The notes beneath the pieces are model-generated. The model did no database searches and was not told where the DNA came from. It saw nothing but the letters and a program-made list of their open reading frames with translations. From contig JBBSVF010000001.1 in assembly GCA_038233745.1 (NCBI GenBank), positions 1 through 43,000 on the forward strand: DNA of 43,000 nt. The letters run 5' to 3'. The stretch is from Gemmatimonadales bacterium. GTDB taxonomy: Bacteria > Gemmatimonadota > Gemmatimonadetes > Gemmatimonadales > Gemmatimonadaceae. Shown in pieces: positions 8,193 to 17,109 of the stretch. A program made the translations under genes and the position numbers. Position 1 is the first letter of the stretch. Each line of letters starts with the position of its first letter.

Positions 8193-8938
8193 CAGCGATC
8201 GTCGCGCCGAAGACGGTCTCGCTCAGTGCGCCAATCGTCATCTCCGTCGCGCTCCACCTCGGCGCGGCGGCACTGCTCCTGCTCGCGCGACACCCCGCTT
8301 CAGCGCCAGTGGCGCCCACGTATCGCGTGAACCTCATTGCGGCGCCTCCTGGGCCTCGCAGCATCGGCGTCGTGAAGCCTCCCGACGCGTCGGCGACGAC
8401 GACTCCACGCACGACCGCGGAAGCTCCGGCGCCCTCCGCACCCGTGGCGCCCATCGTTCCGTCGCGAATGGCGCCTGCGCCAAGTGCTGCGAAGGTCCCG
8501 CCGAAGGTGGCGCCAAAACAGGCAACGCCGGGCACAGCACGCGGCGGCGCACCGGCGAAGTCCACCACCGCACCGGCGCCGGTCGCAGGCGGCGGACCCA
8601 CGGGCGGCCGCGGTGCGGACGTCGCGAACGTGAACATCGAGGGGATCGAGTTCCCGTTCCCCGGGTACCTGCAGAATGTGGTGCGCCAGATCGCCCTGCG
8701 CTTCTCACCGGGCAACCCGGGCACGTTGCGCGCCGAGGTGGCGTTCCTGATCCGGAGGGACGGCTCCATTGCGGGACTTCGGCTGCAGTCCCGCTCCGGC
8801 GTCTACGCATTCGATACCGAAGCGATGGGGGCCGTGGACGCGGCCGCGCAGGCCCGGGCGTTCGGCCCTCTGCCGCAGGGCTTCACTGATGACGTGCTGC
8901 CGGTGATTTTCAGCTTCGACCCTCGCCTCATTCGCTGA
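8189..8938 (+). CDS. TonB/TolA-like energy transducer occupying the TolA position
   Basis: It has an N-terminal TM segment 'IVISVALHLGAAALLLLA', a Pro/Ala-rich linker and a TonB-C-like end 'AEVAFLIRRDGSIAGLRLQSRSG'. The GTGA overlaps tolR. Confidence 0.75.
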   Translation: MTAIVAPKTVSLSAPIVISVALHLGAAALLLLARHPASAPVAPTYRVNLIAAPPGPRSIGVVKPPDASATTTPRTTAEAPAPSAPVAPIVPSRMAPAPSAAKVPPKVAPKQATPGTARGGAPAKSTTAPAPVAGGGPTGGRGADVANVNIEGIEFPFPGYLQNVVRQIALRFSPGNPGTLRAEVAFLIRRDGSIAGLRLQSRSGVYAFDTEAMGAVDAAAQARAFGPLPQGFTDDVLPVIFSFDPRLIR

Positions 8939-10224
8939 TGCCTCGACCTTCGCTCCGTGCTGCCCTCGCGCTGTGTCTCGCACTGATCCCTGCTCGGGGA
9001 CACGCGCAGGACACCACTCGCGGTGTGCGCATCGGTCTGTCGTACTCGCCGGGCGCCCGGCCGGGTGTGGTGGTGCTTCCGGTAAGCGGTCCCGGCGCGG
9101 ACTCGCTGCGCGCCATCGTGTCGCGAGATCTGGACTTCGGCGATCGCGTGAACGTGATCCGGCTGGACGACGCAGCGCTCGGCGCTTCCACCCGCGGAGA
9201 TCTGCCCAACTGGGCGCTGCTGGCCCGCCTCGGGGCGGCGGCGGCCGTGCAGCTCACACCCACGCCGGGCGGACTGCATCTCGCCGTGTACAACGTGGTC
9301 ACGCGCCAGACGGCACTCGTGCACGATTACGTGGCGCCGGCGGTGGATGACACCCGGCGCTGGCGTCTGGCCGTTCACAGTCTGTCCGATGACCTGGAGC
9401 AATCCCTCACCGGGGTGCGCGGAATCGCCAGCACGCGTGTGCTGTTCGAGCGCGGGCGACGGCTCTGGGTGGTGGATAGCGATGGGGAGCAACTGCAACC
9501 GGTGACGCCGGTGCAGCCGCTGATGTCCGGGCGCTGGAGCCCCACGGGGAGGAAGATCACGTATGTGCTGTTGCGCCCGGCGTCCGTCGTGGTGCAGAAC
9601 GCCGACGGCGGAGGGGTGCGCACCGTGGCGACGGGGAGCGGCGTCTACGTCTCTCCGACATTCACGCCGGACGGTGGCAGCGTCAGCTTCGCGCATGGTG
9701 TGGACGACGGTACGGACATCTACACCGTGCCCGTCGCGGGGGGCATTCCGCGCCGCATCTCCGTAGGACGTGGCAGTGACAATGTGCGTCCCATCTACAG
9801 TCCCGATGGCCGGAAGGTGGCGTTCATGTCCGGCCGTATCGGACATCCCGAGATCTACACGATGGATGCCGACGGCACGAATGCCGATCTGCTCACACCG
9901 CTCGCCTTCGGCGAGGATGCGTACCGCGCCAATCCGGACTGGTCGCCGGATGGACGTTCGGTCGCGTTCCAGTCGCGGCTCGGTGGTATCTTTCAGCTCA
10001 TGACGGTGAGTCTGCGCGACCGTTCGCTCCGGCAGTTGACGAGCGACGGTCGCAACGAGGATCCGTCATGGTCACCCGATGGGCGACATCTCGTGTTCGT
10101 GTCGACCCGTGGTGGCGCAAGGCAGTTGTGGGTACTCGACGTCGACACTGGTCGGTCGCGACAGCTCACGCGGGGGGCGAGTGTTCGCCTGCCAGCGTGG
10201 TCGCCCCGGCTTGCTCCCGAATGA
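8938..10224 (+). CDS. tolB: Tol-Pal system beta-propeller protein TolB
   Basis: It has a signal peptide and repeated 'SPDG' blades ('PDWSPDGRSVAF', 'PSWSPDGRHLVFVS'). Confidence 0.92.
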   Translation: MPRPSLRAALALCLALIPARGHAQDTTRGVRIGLSYSPGARPGVVVLPVSGPGADSLRAIVSRDLDFGDRVNVIRLDDAALGASTRGDLPNWALLARLGAAAAVQLTPTPGGLHLAVYNVVTRQTALVHDYVAPAVDDTRRWRLAVHSLSDDLEQSLTGVRGIASTRVLFERGRRLWVVDSDGEQLQPVTPVQPLMSGRWSPTGRKITYVLLRPASVVVQNADGGGVRTVATGSGVYVSPTFTPDGGSVSFAHGVDDGTDIYTVPVAGGIPRRISVGRGSDNVRPIYSPDGRKVAFMSGRIGHPEIYTMDADGTNADLLTPLAFGEDAYRANPDWSPDGRSVAFQSRLGGIFQLMTVSLRDRSLRQLTSDGRNEDPSWSPDGRHLVFVSTRGGARQLWVLDVDTGRSRQLTRGASVRLPAWSPRLAPE

Positions 10225-10268
10225 ACGTCCGAGTCACCGCTGGCCCCCTCTCACTTCCGGAGACCTGC

Positions 10269-10877
10269 ATGACCCGTCGCAAGACAGCACATCTCGTGAT
10301 CGCCGCCGCCTCGCTGCTCTCGCTGGCCGCGTGCCGCAAGAAGCCGGAGACTGCTCCGGTCGCCGAGGTGACGGTGGACGTGGATGCTGCACGCCGCAGC
10401 GCCGATTCCATTGCTGCTGCCAACGTCGCCCAGCGTCGCGCCGATTCGATCGACGCCGCCAATCGCGCCGCCGCGACCGCCGCCGCCGATATGCAGCGGC
10501 TGCAGGCCGAGCTCTCCGCGGCGCTCTCGCAGCGGGTGCAGTTCGATTACGATCGCGACGCGCTGCGCGACGATGCGCGGGCAGTGCTGGAGGCCAAGGC
10601 GCCGATCCTGCTGGCGAATCCGGGCATCGCCCTCGCCATCATCGGGCATACCGACGAACGGGGCACCGCCGAGTACAACCTGGCGCTGGGCCAGCGGCGC
10701 GCGGCCACCGTGAAGCGGTATCTCGTTGGCAAGGGCATCGCCGAATCTCGCCTCTCGACTCAGAGCCTTGGCGACTCCGAGCCACTGGCGACGGGGACCG
10801 ACGAGGGCTCTTACGCGCAGAACCGGCGCGCCGAGTTCGAGGTGTCGGTGAACGGTCCGCTGTCGCGGCCCCGCTGA
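10269..10877 (+). CDS. pal: Peptidoglycan-associated lipoprotein (OmpA-like domain)
   Basis: It has the lipobox 'LLSLAAC' and the OmpA motif 'IIGHTDERGTAEYNLALGQRRA'. The start was chosen at the ATG at 10269. Confidence 0.9.
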   Translation: MTRRKTAHLVIAAASLLSLAACRKKPETAPVAEVTVDVDAARRSADSIAAANVAQRRADSIDAANRAAATAAADMQRLQAELSAALSQRVQFDYDRDALRDDARAVLEAKAPILLANPGIALAIIGHTDERGTAEYNLALGQRRAATVKRYLVGKGIAESRLSTQSLGDSEPLATGTDEGSYAQNRRAEFEVSVNGPLSRPR

Positions 10878-11527
10878 TGATTCGCCTGCGCTCCGGCGCG
10901 TGCCTGCTCGTCACGTTGCTCTTCGGTGGATGTCTCGCGTCGAAGGGTGACGTGGCGTTGCTGCAGACCGACATTCGCGCACTTCAGCAGCAATCGGCAC
11001 AGTCCGATGCGCAGCAGCGGGCGCGTGTGGAGCAGGTGCTTGCGCAGCTCTCCAGCACGGCCGACTCGCTGCGCGTGGTGAGCGCGCGAATGGCGCGGCT
11101 CCAGAGCGACGTGCAGACGGATCACTACGAGATGGGCCGTCAGATCCTGCAGATCCAGGAGCTGAGCGGACAGAGCCAGCGCCGGCTGCAGGAACTGCGC
11201 GCGTCGCTGGAGGAGCGAGCTGGCGCTCCCGCGGGCGCCGCAGCGGGTTCGGCACCGGCGACGGCGCCAGCCAACGCTGGCGCGCCTGGTCCCGCGCAGC
11301 TCTTTCAGGGCTCGGTGGACCAGCTGCGGCGTGGGAGTCCCACCGTGGCCCGATCGGGGTTCGAGGAGTTGCTGCGTACCTATCCCACCTCTGAAGATGC
11401 GCCCGAAGCGATGATCTATATAGCCGAGACGTATGTGACGGAGCGGAACCAGGTGGCCGCGGATTCGGTATACCGTCTCGTGCTGCAGCGGTATCCGAAG
11501 TCGCCGCGCGCGGCGACGGCGCGGTAA
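10877..11527 (+). CDS. cpoB: Tol-Pal cell-division coordinator CpoB/YbgF, as terminated by an in-frame TAA
   Basis: It has a lipoprotein-like N-terminus 'LLFGGCLAS', a coiled-coil region, then TPR units 'YPTSEDAPEAMIYIAE...RYPKSPRAATAR*'. The ATG overlaps the pal stop (TGATG). Confidence 0.85.
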   Translation: MIRLRSGACLLVTLLFGGCLASKGDVALLQTDIRALQQQSAQSDAQQRARVEQVLAQLSSTADSLRVVSARMARLQSDVQTDHYEMGRQILQIQELSGQSQRRLQELRASLEERAGAPAGAAAGSAPATAPANAGAPGPAQLFQGSVDQLRRGSPTVARSGFEELLRTYPTSEDAPEAMIYIAETYVTERNQVAADSVYRLVLQRYPKSPRAATAR

Positions 11528-11662
11528 AAGCGAGGGCTCCGGCTGCGAGCCGCGGGGCAGGCCACGGCGGCGCGATCGGCGTTCGAGCGGGTGATCAAGG
11601 AGTTTCCACAGTCGGACGAGTCCGCGCTGGCGCGCGAGCAACTGCGTTCGTTGAATCGATAG
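11528..11662 (+). other. In-frame post-stop continuation of cpoB (44 sense codons, then TAG)
   Basis: The same frame after the TAA reads 'KRGLRLRAAGQATAARSAFERVIKEFPQSDESALAREQLRSLNR*'. This completes the final TPR unit with the same 37-aa YP-to-(Y/F)P spacing as the preceding repeat. tatC starts 3 nt after this TAG. Confidence 0.7.
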
Positions 11663-11665
11663 GTC

Positions 11666-12475
11666 ATGGCGGAATCGGTAGTACGGCCCCCGACGGGAGA
11701 GATGCCATTCCTCGATCATCTCGAGGAATTGCGGTGGCGAATCATCTGGTCGCTGGGCGCGCTCGTCGTTGGCGTCATCATCGCGTTCGTGCTGCTGGTG
11801 AGGTTCGAGGGTCCGCTCCTGCACTGGTTGCAGTCGCCCATCCTTCCGTACCTGCACGGCCGTCGCCTGATGAACACGCATCCCGGCGGTGGATTCTCGA
11901 TCATCATGCAGGTGGCGCTCATCGGCGGGATCATCGTCGCCCTCCCGATGGTCATCTATCAGGTCTACGCGTTCCTGTCTCCTGCGCTGCTCCGGCACGA
12001 GAAGCGGGTGGCCGTTCCCGTGATCATTGGCGCGGTACTGCTGTTCGTGGCGGGTGCCGCGCTCGCGTGGTATCTCGTGCTGCCAATGACGCTCCGCTTT
12101 CTCACCGGGATCGGTGACGACGCGTTCGACCAGATGATTTCGGCGAACGAGTATTTCGGGTTCGTCACGGCGCTGGTGCTGGCCATCGGTGCGGTGTTCG
12201 AACTGCCGATCGTGGTGTTGATCCTGTCCGCGTTCGGCATCGTGAATCCCAAGTTCCTGTCGAAATTCCGCAAGCATGCGCTGGTGGGCTCGTTCGTCGT
12301 GGCGGCGTTCATCACGCCGGGTGACATCTTCGTGACGAACATGGTGCTCACGGTGCTGCTCTACCTGCTGTATGAGTTCAGCATCGTGCTGTCGTGGATG
12401 GTGTTCCGAAAGCGCGAAGCGCGACGGCTGGCCGAGCCGCCCGACGATGATCAGATGATGGGGGCAGGGGCGTGA
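11666..12475 (+). CDS. tatC: Twin-arginine translocase subunit TatC
   Basis: It begins 'MPFLDHLEELRWRI' and has six hydrophobic segments. Confidence 0.93.
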   Translation: MAESVVRPPTGEMPFLDHLEELRWRIIWSLGALVVGVIIAFVLLVRFEGPLLHWLQSPILPYLHGRRLMNTHPGGGFSIIMQVALIGGIIVALPMVIYQVYAFLSPALLRHEKRVAVPVIIGAVLLFVAGAALAWYLVLPMTLRFLTGIGDDAFDQMISANEYFGFVTALVLAIGAVFELPIVVLILSAFGIVNPKFLSKFRKHALVGSFVVAAFITPGDIFVTNMVLTVLLYLLYEFSIVLSWMVFRKREARRLAEPPDDDQMMGAGA

Positions 12476-15400
12476 TCTCCGCGGCGGGACGATGGCTGCC
12501 CATCGTCCTCGCGTTCGGGATGGTGGGTGGAGCAGCGGAAGCGCAGGTCGCACCGCGTCCGCGCCCGTCCGCCGGGGCTGTCATCGCGCGCGACACGCTG
12601 CCTGCGCGCCGTGACTCGCTACGCGTACGTCCCGACACCCTGACCCGCAGGGACACCACCCTTCGTGCCGACACGTCGCTCACGGCGAACTTCGCGGCGC
12701 CCGACTCGGTGATGCAGCGGCTCCTGGCGCTGCCGGGGTACACCGCCACGCGCTATCAGAGCGAAACCATTTCGTTCGATGCGGTGACGCAGGCCATCCG
12801 GCTCACCAATCAGGCGATCCTGCAGCGCGGCGACTCCCAGGTGGTGAAATCCGATCGGATCATCTACGGCGGCACCGGTAGCACGGTGCAGGTGCAGGCC
12901 GACCCGAACGGGCGGAATGTGTTCGTGGTTCCTGGACAGGCCCCCATCATCAGCCGAGGATCGGGGACGTATGACATTGCCAGCCGCAGCGCGACGGTGC
13001 GCGGTGTCCGCACATCGATTCCGCAGAGTGGCGAGACGCTGTACATCACCGGCGAAGAAGTGAAGGCCGTGCTGCCTGCAAACGCCGGCGTAGGTGACTC
13101 CACCAACGCCGTGAGCGCGAACAGTGCGGTGTACTACGTGAAGGACGGCGCAGTCACGTCGTGCGATGATTCCATCCCCGACTACTACTTCAAGGCCAAC
13201 GAGATCAAGCGCACCGGGTCATTTGTCGTGGCGCGGCCGGCCGTGTTGTACATCGGCGATGTGCCCGTCCTCTGGCTGCCCTTTCTCTTTCAGGACGTGC
13301 GCAGCGGGCGGCATTCGGGGCTACTGGCGCCGAATGTCGGCGTGAGCGACATCGTGCGGAACAGTCCCAGTTATCGCCGCAGCGTGGAGGGGCTCGGATA
13401 CTACTTCGCGCTCAGCAACTACCTGGATTCCCAGGTCTCGCTGGACTGGCGGAGTGGCGCGGGTGAGGCCATCAGCGGCGATGCCGGCTTCATGCGGTAC
13501 ACCGGCGAGGTGAACTACAAGTGGCTCGAGCGGTTCACGACCGGCACGCTCGCACTGAGTCAGACCCGGCAGGCGACCTCGCGCAATACAGCGGTGACGT
13601 GGCGGCACCAGGAGAACTTCACGCGGAACTCCAGCCTCACCACGAACATCAACTACGCCACCAACACGCAGCTGCAGCGCCTCACGACGGTGAATCCGTA
13701 CGCGGCCATCGCGACCATCTCGTCGCAGGCCAACTACCAGCAGAAGCTCGGGCCGGCCCAGCTCTCACTCGGCGGCTCCCAGAAGCAGTATCCCGGCCGC
13801 ACCCTGCTGGATCGCAGTTTCCCCACGGTGAACTTCACCACCAGCCCGCTCAGTCTTGGTACTGCACTCAGCTGGACGCCGAGTCTGAGTTACAGTTCCA
13901 CGCAATCGCTGGGGATCGATCAGCCAACCAGTCTTGGCCTGCTGCAGACTGCAGTGAAGACGGCGGCCGGGCTGGACTCCACTCGCGGCGATACGCTGCG
14001 GCGCAGCGCGTATACGTCATCGCTGAGTGTGAACACTCCGCTGACGATCTTCGGCTACAACATCGGCAACAGCTTCTCGCTCAACTCTGCACGGAACGAC
14101 TTTCCGGAGCGCGAGATCGTGACCGATGTCCTCACCGCGCAGGAATCGGAGCGGATCTACTCCACCACATACCGGACGGAGTTCAACTGGGTTCCGTCGT
14201 TCACGTTGCCGCCACTGGGCTCCAACCGTTTCAATCTCGCCCCATCGCTGTCGTTCGAGAATGTGGATGGGTCTGCGTTTGCGGTCCGGAATGAGCGAAC
14301 GGGCGGGCAGTGGGTGAGCCAGTCCAAGCGGCCGACCTTCTCGCTGTCGGCATCGCCGACGGTGTATGGCCTGTTCAACGGCTTTGGCCCCTTCTCGCGC
14401 TTTCGGCACGCGATCTCGCCCTCGGTCTCGTACTCGTACGCGCCGGCGCACGACGTGAGCAACGACTTTCTCACTGCGCTCGGCCGCACCAGGTTCAACA
14501 GGAATGGCGGCCTCGCCTATTTCGGGGGCTTGCGTCAGAACGCCATCAGCTTCGGGCTGAACACGAACATCGAAGCAAAGACGAAGAGTCCGAACGACTC
14601 CAATCCCGAGCTCGGCGACAAGCTCAAGATCCTCTCGCTCAACTTCACGTCGCTCTCGTACGATTTCGAGCGCGCGCATGCGGCCGGGTCGGCCATCCGG
14701 GGCCTCACGACGTCCTCGTTCGGCTACACGGCGAAATCCGACCTGCTCCCCGGCTTTGATGTTGGCGTCGACTACTCGTTGTTCGAGGGATCCACGCTGA
14801 GCGATTCGGCACGGTTTGCTCCATTCAGGGAGCGAATCACGGCGTCCTTCTCGTTCAGCCGGACGGCCAATCCCTTCGCAGTCTTTTCGCGGCTGTTCGG
14901 CAAGGCCGTTCCCCTCTCGATCCCGAATGCGGGGCGGAACGACCCACTGCCCGACGAGCGATATGCACGCCAGGTCGCGTCGCAGCCGGTGGCAGGCCGA
15001 GGCGCGCATTCGGCGGCATTCCTCCCCACGAACACAAAGGGGTGGGAAGCGTCACTCAACTTCTCGTCGTCGCGTCAGCGTCCGCTCGCCGGCAATGCGA
15101 GCAATGTGATTGCCTTTGATCCCACAGTTCGCTGCCAGCAGTTCAACACGCCCGTCCTGCGTGCCGCGTACGAGCAGTGCGTCCGGCGGGAGCAGCTGAA
15201 TCCGGCACCGGATCGTCCGATCACCTCGGGCACGGTCGGGTCTCCGATCTTCCTTACCCCGCCCGTCACCTCACTGAGTTCGAACCTGAGCCTGGATCTC
15301 ACGGAGCACTGGGCGGCCACATGGCAGTCACAGTTCGATTTCGTCACGCACGACTTCGCTTCGCAGATCGTCTCGCTGCAGCGCGACCTCCATGACTGGC

Positions 15401-15531
15401 GCGCGATCTTCGGATTCACGCAGTCGGCCAATGGAAGTTTCGCCTTCAGCTTCCTCGTGTCGCTCAAGGCCGAGCCCGAGCTGAAGTTCGACTATCGCAA
15501 GTCCACCTATCGCAACGAAGGACTGCGATAG
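12472..15531 (+). CDS. lptD: Large outer-membrane beta-barrel protein, LptD (OstA)-like
   Basis: It has a signal peptide, an OstA-like N-terminal region and the LptD-type motif 'LWLPFLFQDVRSGRHSGLLAPNVG'. The remainder is long and rich in Ser, Thr, Asn and aromatic residues, as expected for a barrel. The GTGA overlaps tatC. Confidence 0.75.
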   Translation: MISAAGRWLPIVLAFGMVGGAAEAQVAPRPRPSAGAVIARDTLPARRDSLRVRPDTLTRRDTTLRADTSLTANFAAPDSVMQRLLALPGYTATRYQSETISFDAVTQAIRLTNQAILQRGDSQVVKSDRIIYGGTGSTVQVQADPNGRNVFVVPGQAPIISRGSGTYDIASRSATVRGVRTSIPQSGETLYITGEEVKAVLPANAGVGDSTNAVSANSAVYYVKDGAVTSCDDSIPDYYFKANEIKRTGSFVVARPAVLYIGDVPVLWLPFLFQDVRSGRHSGLLAPNVGVSDIVRNSPSYRRSVEGLGYYFALSNYLDSQVSLDWRSGAGEAISGDAGFMRYTGEVNYKWLERFTTGTLALSQTRQATSRNTAVTWRHQENFTRNSSLTTNINYATNTQLQRLTTVNPYAAIATISSQANYQQKLGPAQLSLGGSQKQYPGRTLLDRSFPTVNFTTSPLSLGTALSWTPSLSYSSTQSLGIDQPTSLGLLQTAVKTAAGLDSTRGDTLRRSAYTSSLSVNTPLTIFGYNIGNSFSLNSARNDFPEREIVTDVLTAQESERIYSTTYRTEFNWVPSFTLPPLGSNRFNLAPSLSFENVDGSAFAVRNERTGGQWVSQSKRPTFSLSASPTVYGLFNGFGPFSRFRHAISPSVSYSYAPAHDVSNDFLTALGRTRFNRNGGLAYFGGLRQNAISFGLNTNIEAKTKSPNDSNPELGDKLKILSLNFTSLSYDFERAHAAGSAIRGLTTSSFGYTAKSDLLPGFDVGVDYSLFEGSTLSDSARFAPFRERITASFSFSRTANPFAVFSRLFGKAVPLSIPNAGRNDPLPDERYARQVASQPVAGRGAHSAAFLPTNTKGWEASLNFSSSRQRPLAGNASNVIAFDPTVRCQQFNTPVLRAAYEQCVRREQLNPAPDRPITSGTVGSPIFLTPPVTSLSSNLSLDLTEHWAATWQSQFDFVTHDFASQIVSLQRDLHDWRAIFGFTQSANGSFAFSFLVSLKAEPELKFDYRKSTYRNEGLR

Positions 15532-15556
15532 CCCGCGTGCTGCCCCTGGCGCGCCC

Positions 15557-15585
15557 TTGAATCCGGCCGGTGCGGCCCTGACATT
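15557..15585 (+). promoter_or_regulatory. Sigma70-like promoter candidate TTGAAT-N17-GACATT ending 6 nt before the hutH ATG
   Basis: Read directly from the sequence. No purine-rich SD lies between it and the ATG at 15592. The predicted +1 coincides with the A of the ATG, giving a leaderless candidate. Confidence 0.3.
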
Positions 15586-15591
15586 GCGCGC

Positions 15592-17109
15592 ATGACCACA
15601 GTCCGCCTGGATGGATACTCCCTGCGCCTCGACGACGTCGTGGCTGTGGCGCGCGAGGGTGCGGCGGTGGAGCTGGCCGACGCGGCGCGATTGCGCATGA
15701 TGCAGGCGAACGACGTGGTCACGCGGCTCGTCGAGGGTGATCGCGTGGCCTATGGCGTCACCACTGGTTTCGGCAAGCTGTCCGACGTCGTGATCCCGAG
15801 AGCCCGGCTGGCCGAGTTGCAGGTGAACCTCGTACGCAGCCATGCGTCCGGGGTGGGGCCGCTACTCAACGAGCGGGAGACGCGGGCGATGATGCTGCTC
15901 CGCGCCAATGTGATGGCCAAGGGATTCTCCGGCGCTCGTCCACTCCTTGTCGATACCCTCTCCTCGATGCTGAATGCCGGCGTGTATCCCCCGGTGCCGG
16001 AGCAGGGGAGCGTGGGCGCGAGTGGAGATCTCGCACCACTCGCGCATCTGGCGCTGGCGATCATCGGCGAAGGCACGCTCTGTCACAACGGTGAGTTCCG
16101 GCCCACGACGGAGGTGCTCGGCGCGCTCGGTATCGAACCCGTCACGCTGGGTCCCAAGGAAGGGATCACGCTCATCAACGGTACGCAGGCCCACACCGCC
16201 ATCGCGGCGCTGGCAGTGGTCGATGCCCATCGGTTGTGGCGCATTGCCCATGTGGCCGGTGCGATGTCGCTCGAAGCACTCCTCGGCACCCCCGAGGCTT
16301 TCGACCCGCGCATCCAGGAGGTGCGCGGGCAGCTCGGACAGGCAGCCAGCGCGGCGCTGCTGAGACATCTGCTCACCGACTCGGAGATTCGTGAGTCGCA
16401 CCGTGAAGGAGATCGCCGAGTGCAGGACGCCTATGCGCTCCGGTGCATGCCGCAGGTGCACGGTCCGGTGCTCGACGCCATCGACTTCTGCGCGGGGGTG
16501 ATCGGGCGCGAGCTGAACGCCGCCACCGACAATCCGCTGGTATTCGCTGATACCGGCGAGCTGCTCAGCGGGGGGAACTTCCATGGGCAGGCCGTGGCGA
16601 TGGCGCTGGATTTTCTCGCGATTGCGATGACGAACCTGGCGACGATGTCGGAACGGCGCATCGACCGCCTCGTGCATCCGGATCTCAATCAGGGGCTTCC
16701 GCCCTTTCTGAGCCCCGACGCGGGCGTGAACTCCGGCTTCATGATGGCGCAGGTGACGGCGGCCTCGCTGGCCAGCGAATGCAAGGGGCTATCGCACCCC
16801 GCGAGCGTCGACACCATTCCCACCGATGGCAGCAAGGAGGATGTGGTACCGATGGCGATGGGGGCTGCGTGGAAGCTGCGTCGCATCATCATGAATCTGC
16901 GTCATGTGCTGGCGATCGAGCTGATGTGCGCCGCGCAGGGGCTGGAGTTCCGCGCTCCATTGCGGCCGGGCCGAGGCGCGGCGGCAGGACTGCGACAGGT
17001 CCGCGCGCTCGTGCAACCATTGCGGGACGATCGGGTGCTGTCGGGTGACATCACGGCACTGGCGCAGGCCATCGATGACGGTCACTTCGCGTCGGGGGGC
17101 GAGCAGTGA
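15592..17109 (+). CDS. hutH: Histidine ammonia-lyase
   Basis: It has the MIO-forming '[15 protein letters not shown]' motif and is 505 aa long. Confidence 0.95.
   Translation: MTTVRLDGYSLRLDDVVAVAREGAAVELADAARLRMMQANDVVTRLVEGDRVAYGVTTGFGKLSDVVIPRARLAELQVNLVRSHASGVGPLLNERETRAMMLLRANVMAKGFSGARPLLVDTLSSMLNAGVYPPVPEQGSVGASGDLAPLAHLALAIIGEGTLCHNGEFRPTTEVLGALGIEPVTLGPKEGITLINGTQAHTAIAALAVVDAHRLWRIAHVAGAMSLEALLGTPEAFDPRIQEVRGQLGQAASAALLRHLLTDSEIRESHREGDRRVQDAYALRCMPQVHGPVLDAIDFCAGVIGRELNAATDNPLVFADTGELLSGGNFHGQAVAMALDFLAIAMTNLATMSERRIDRLVHPDLNQGLPPFLSPDAGVNSGFMMAQVTAASLASECKGLSHPASVDTIPTDGSKEDVVPMAMGAAWKLRRIIMNLRHVLAIELMCAAQGLEFRAPLRPGRGAAAGLRQVRALVQPLRDDRVLSGDITALAQAIDDGHFASGGEQ

Noticed and set aside
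10811-12553. A 580-aa ORF on the minus strand spanning the pal / cpoB / tatC region.
   Set aside because: It lies antisense to genes with unambiguous family motifs. Its translation is Arg/His/Pro/Gln/Glu-rich, with no recognisable domain. Such long shadow ORFs are expected in GC-rich DNA, where the antisense frame lacks stop codons.
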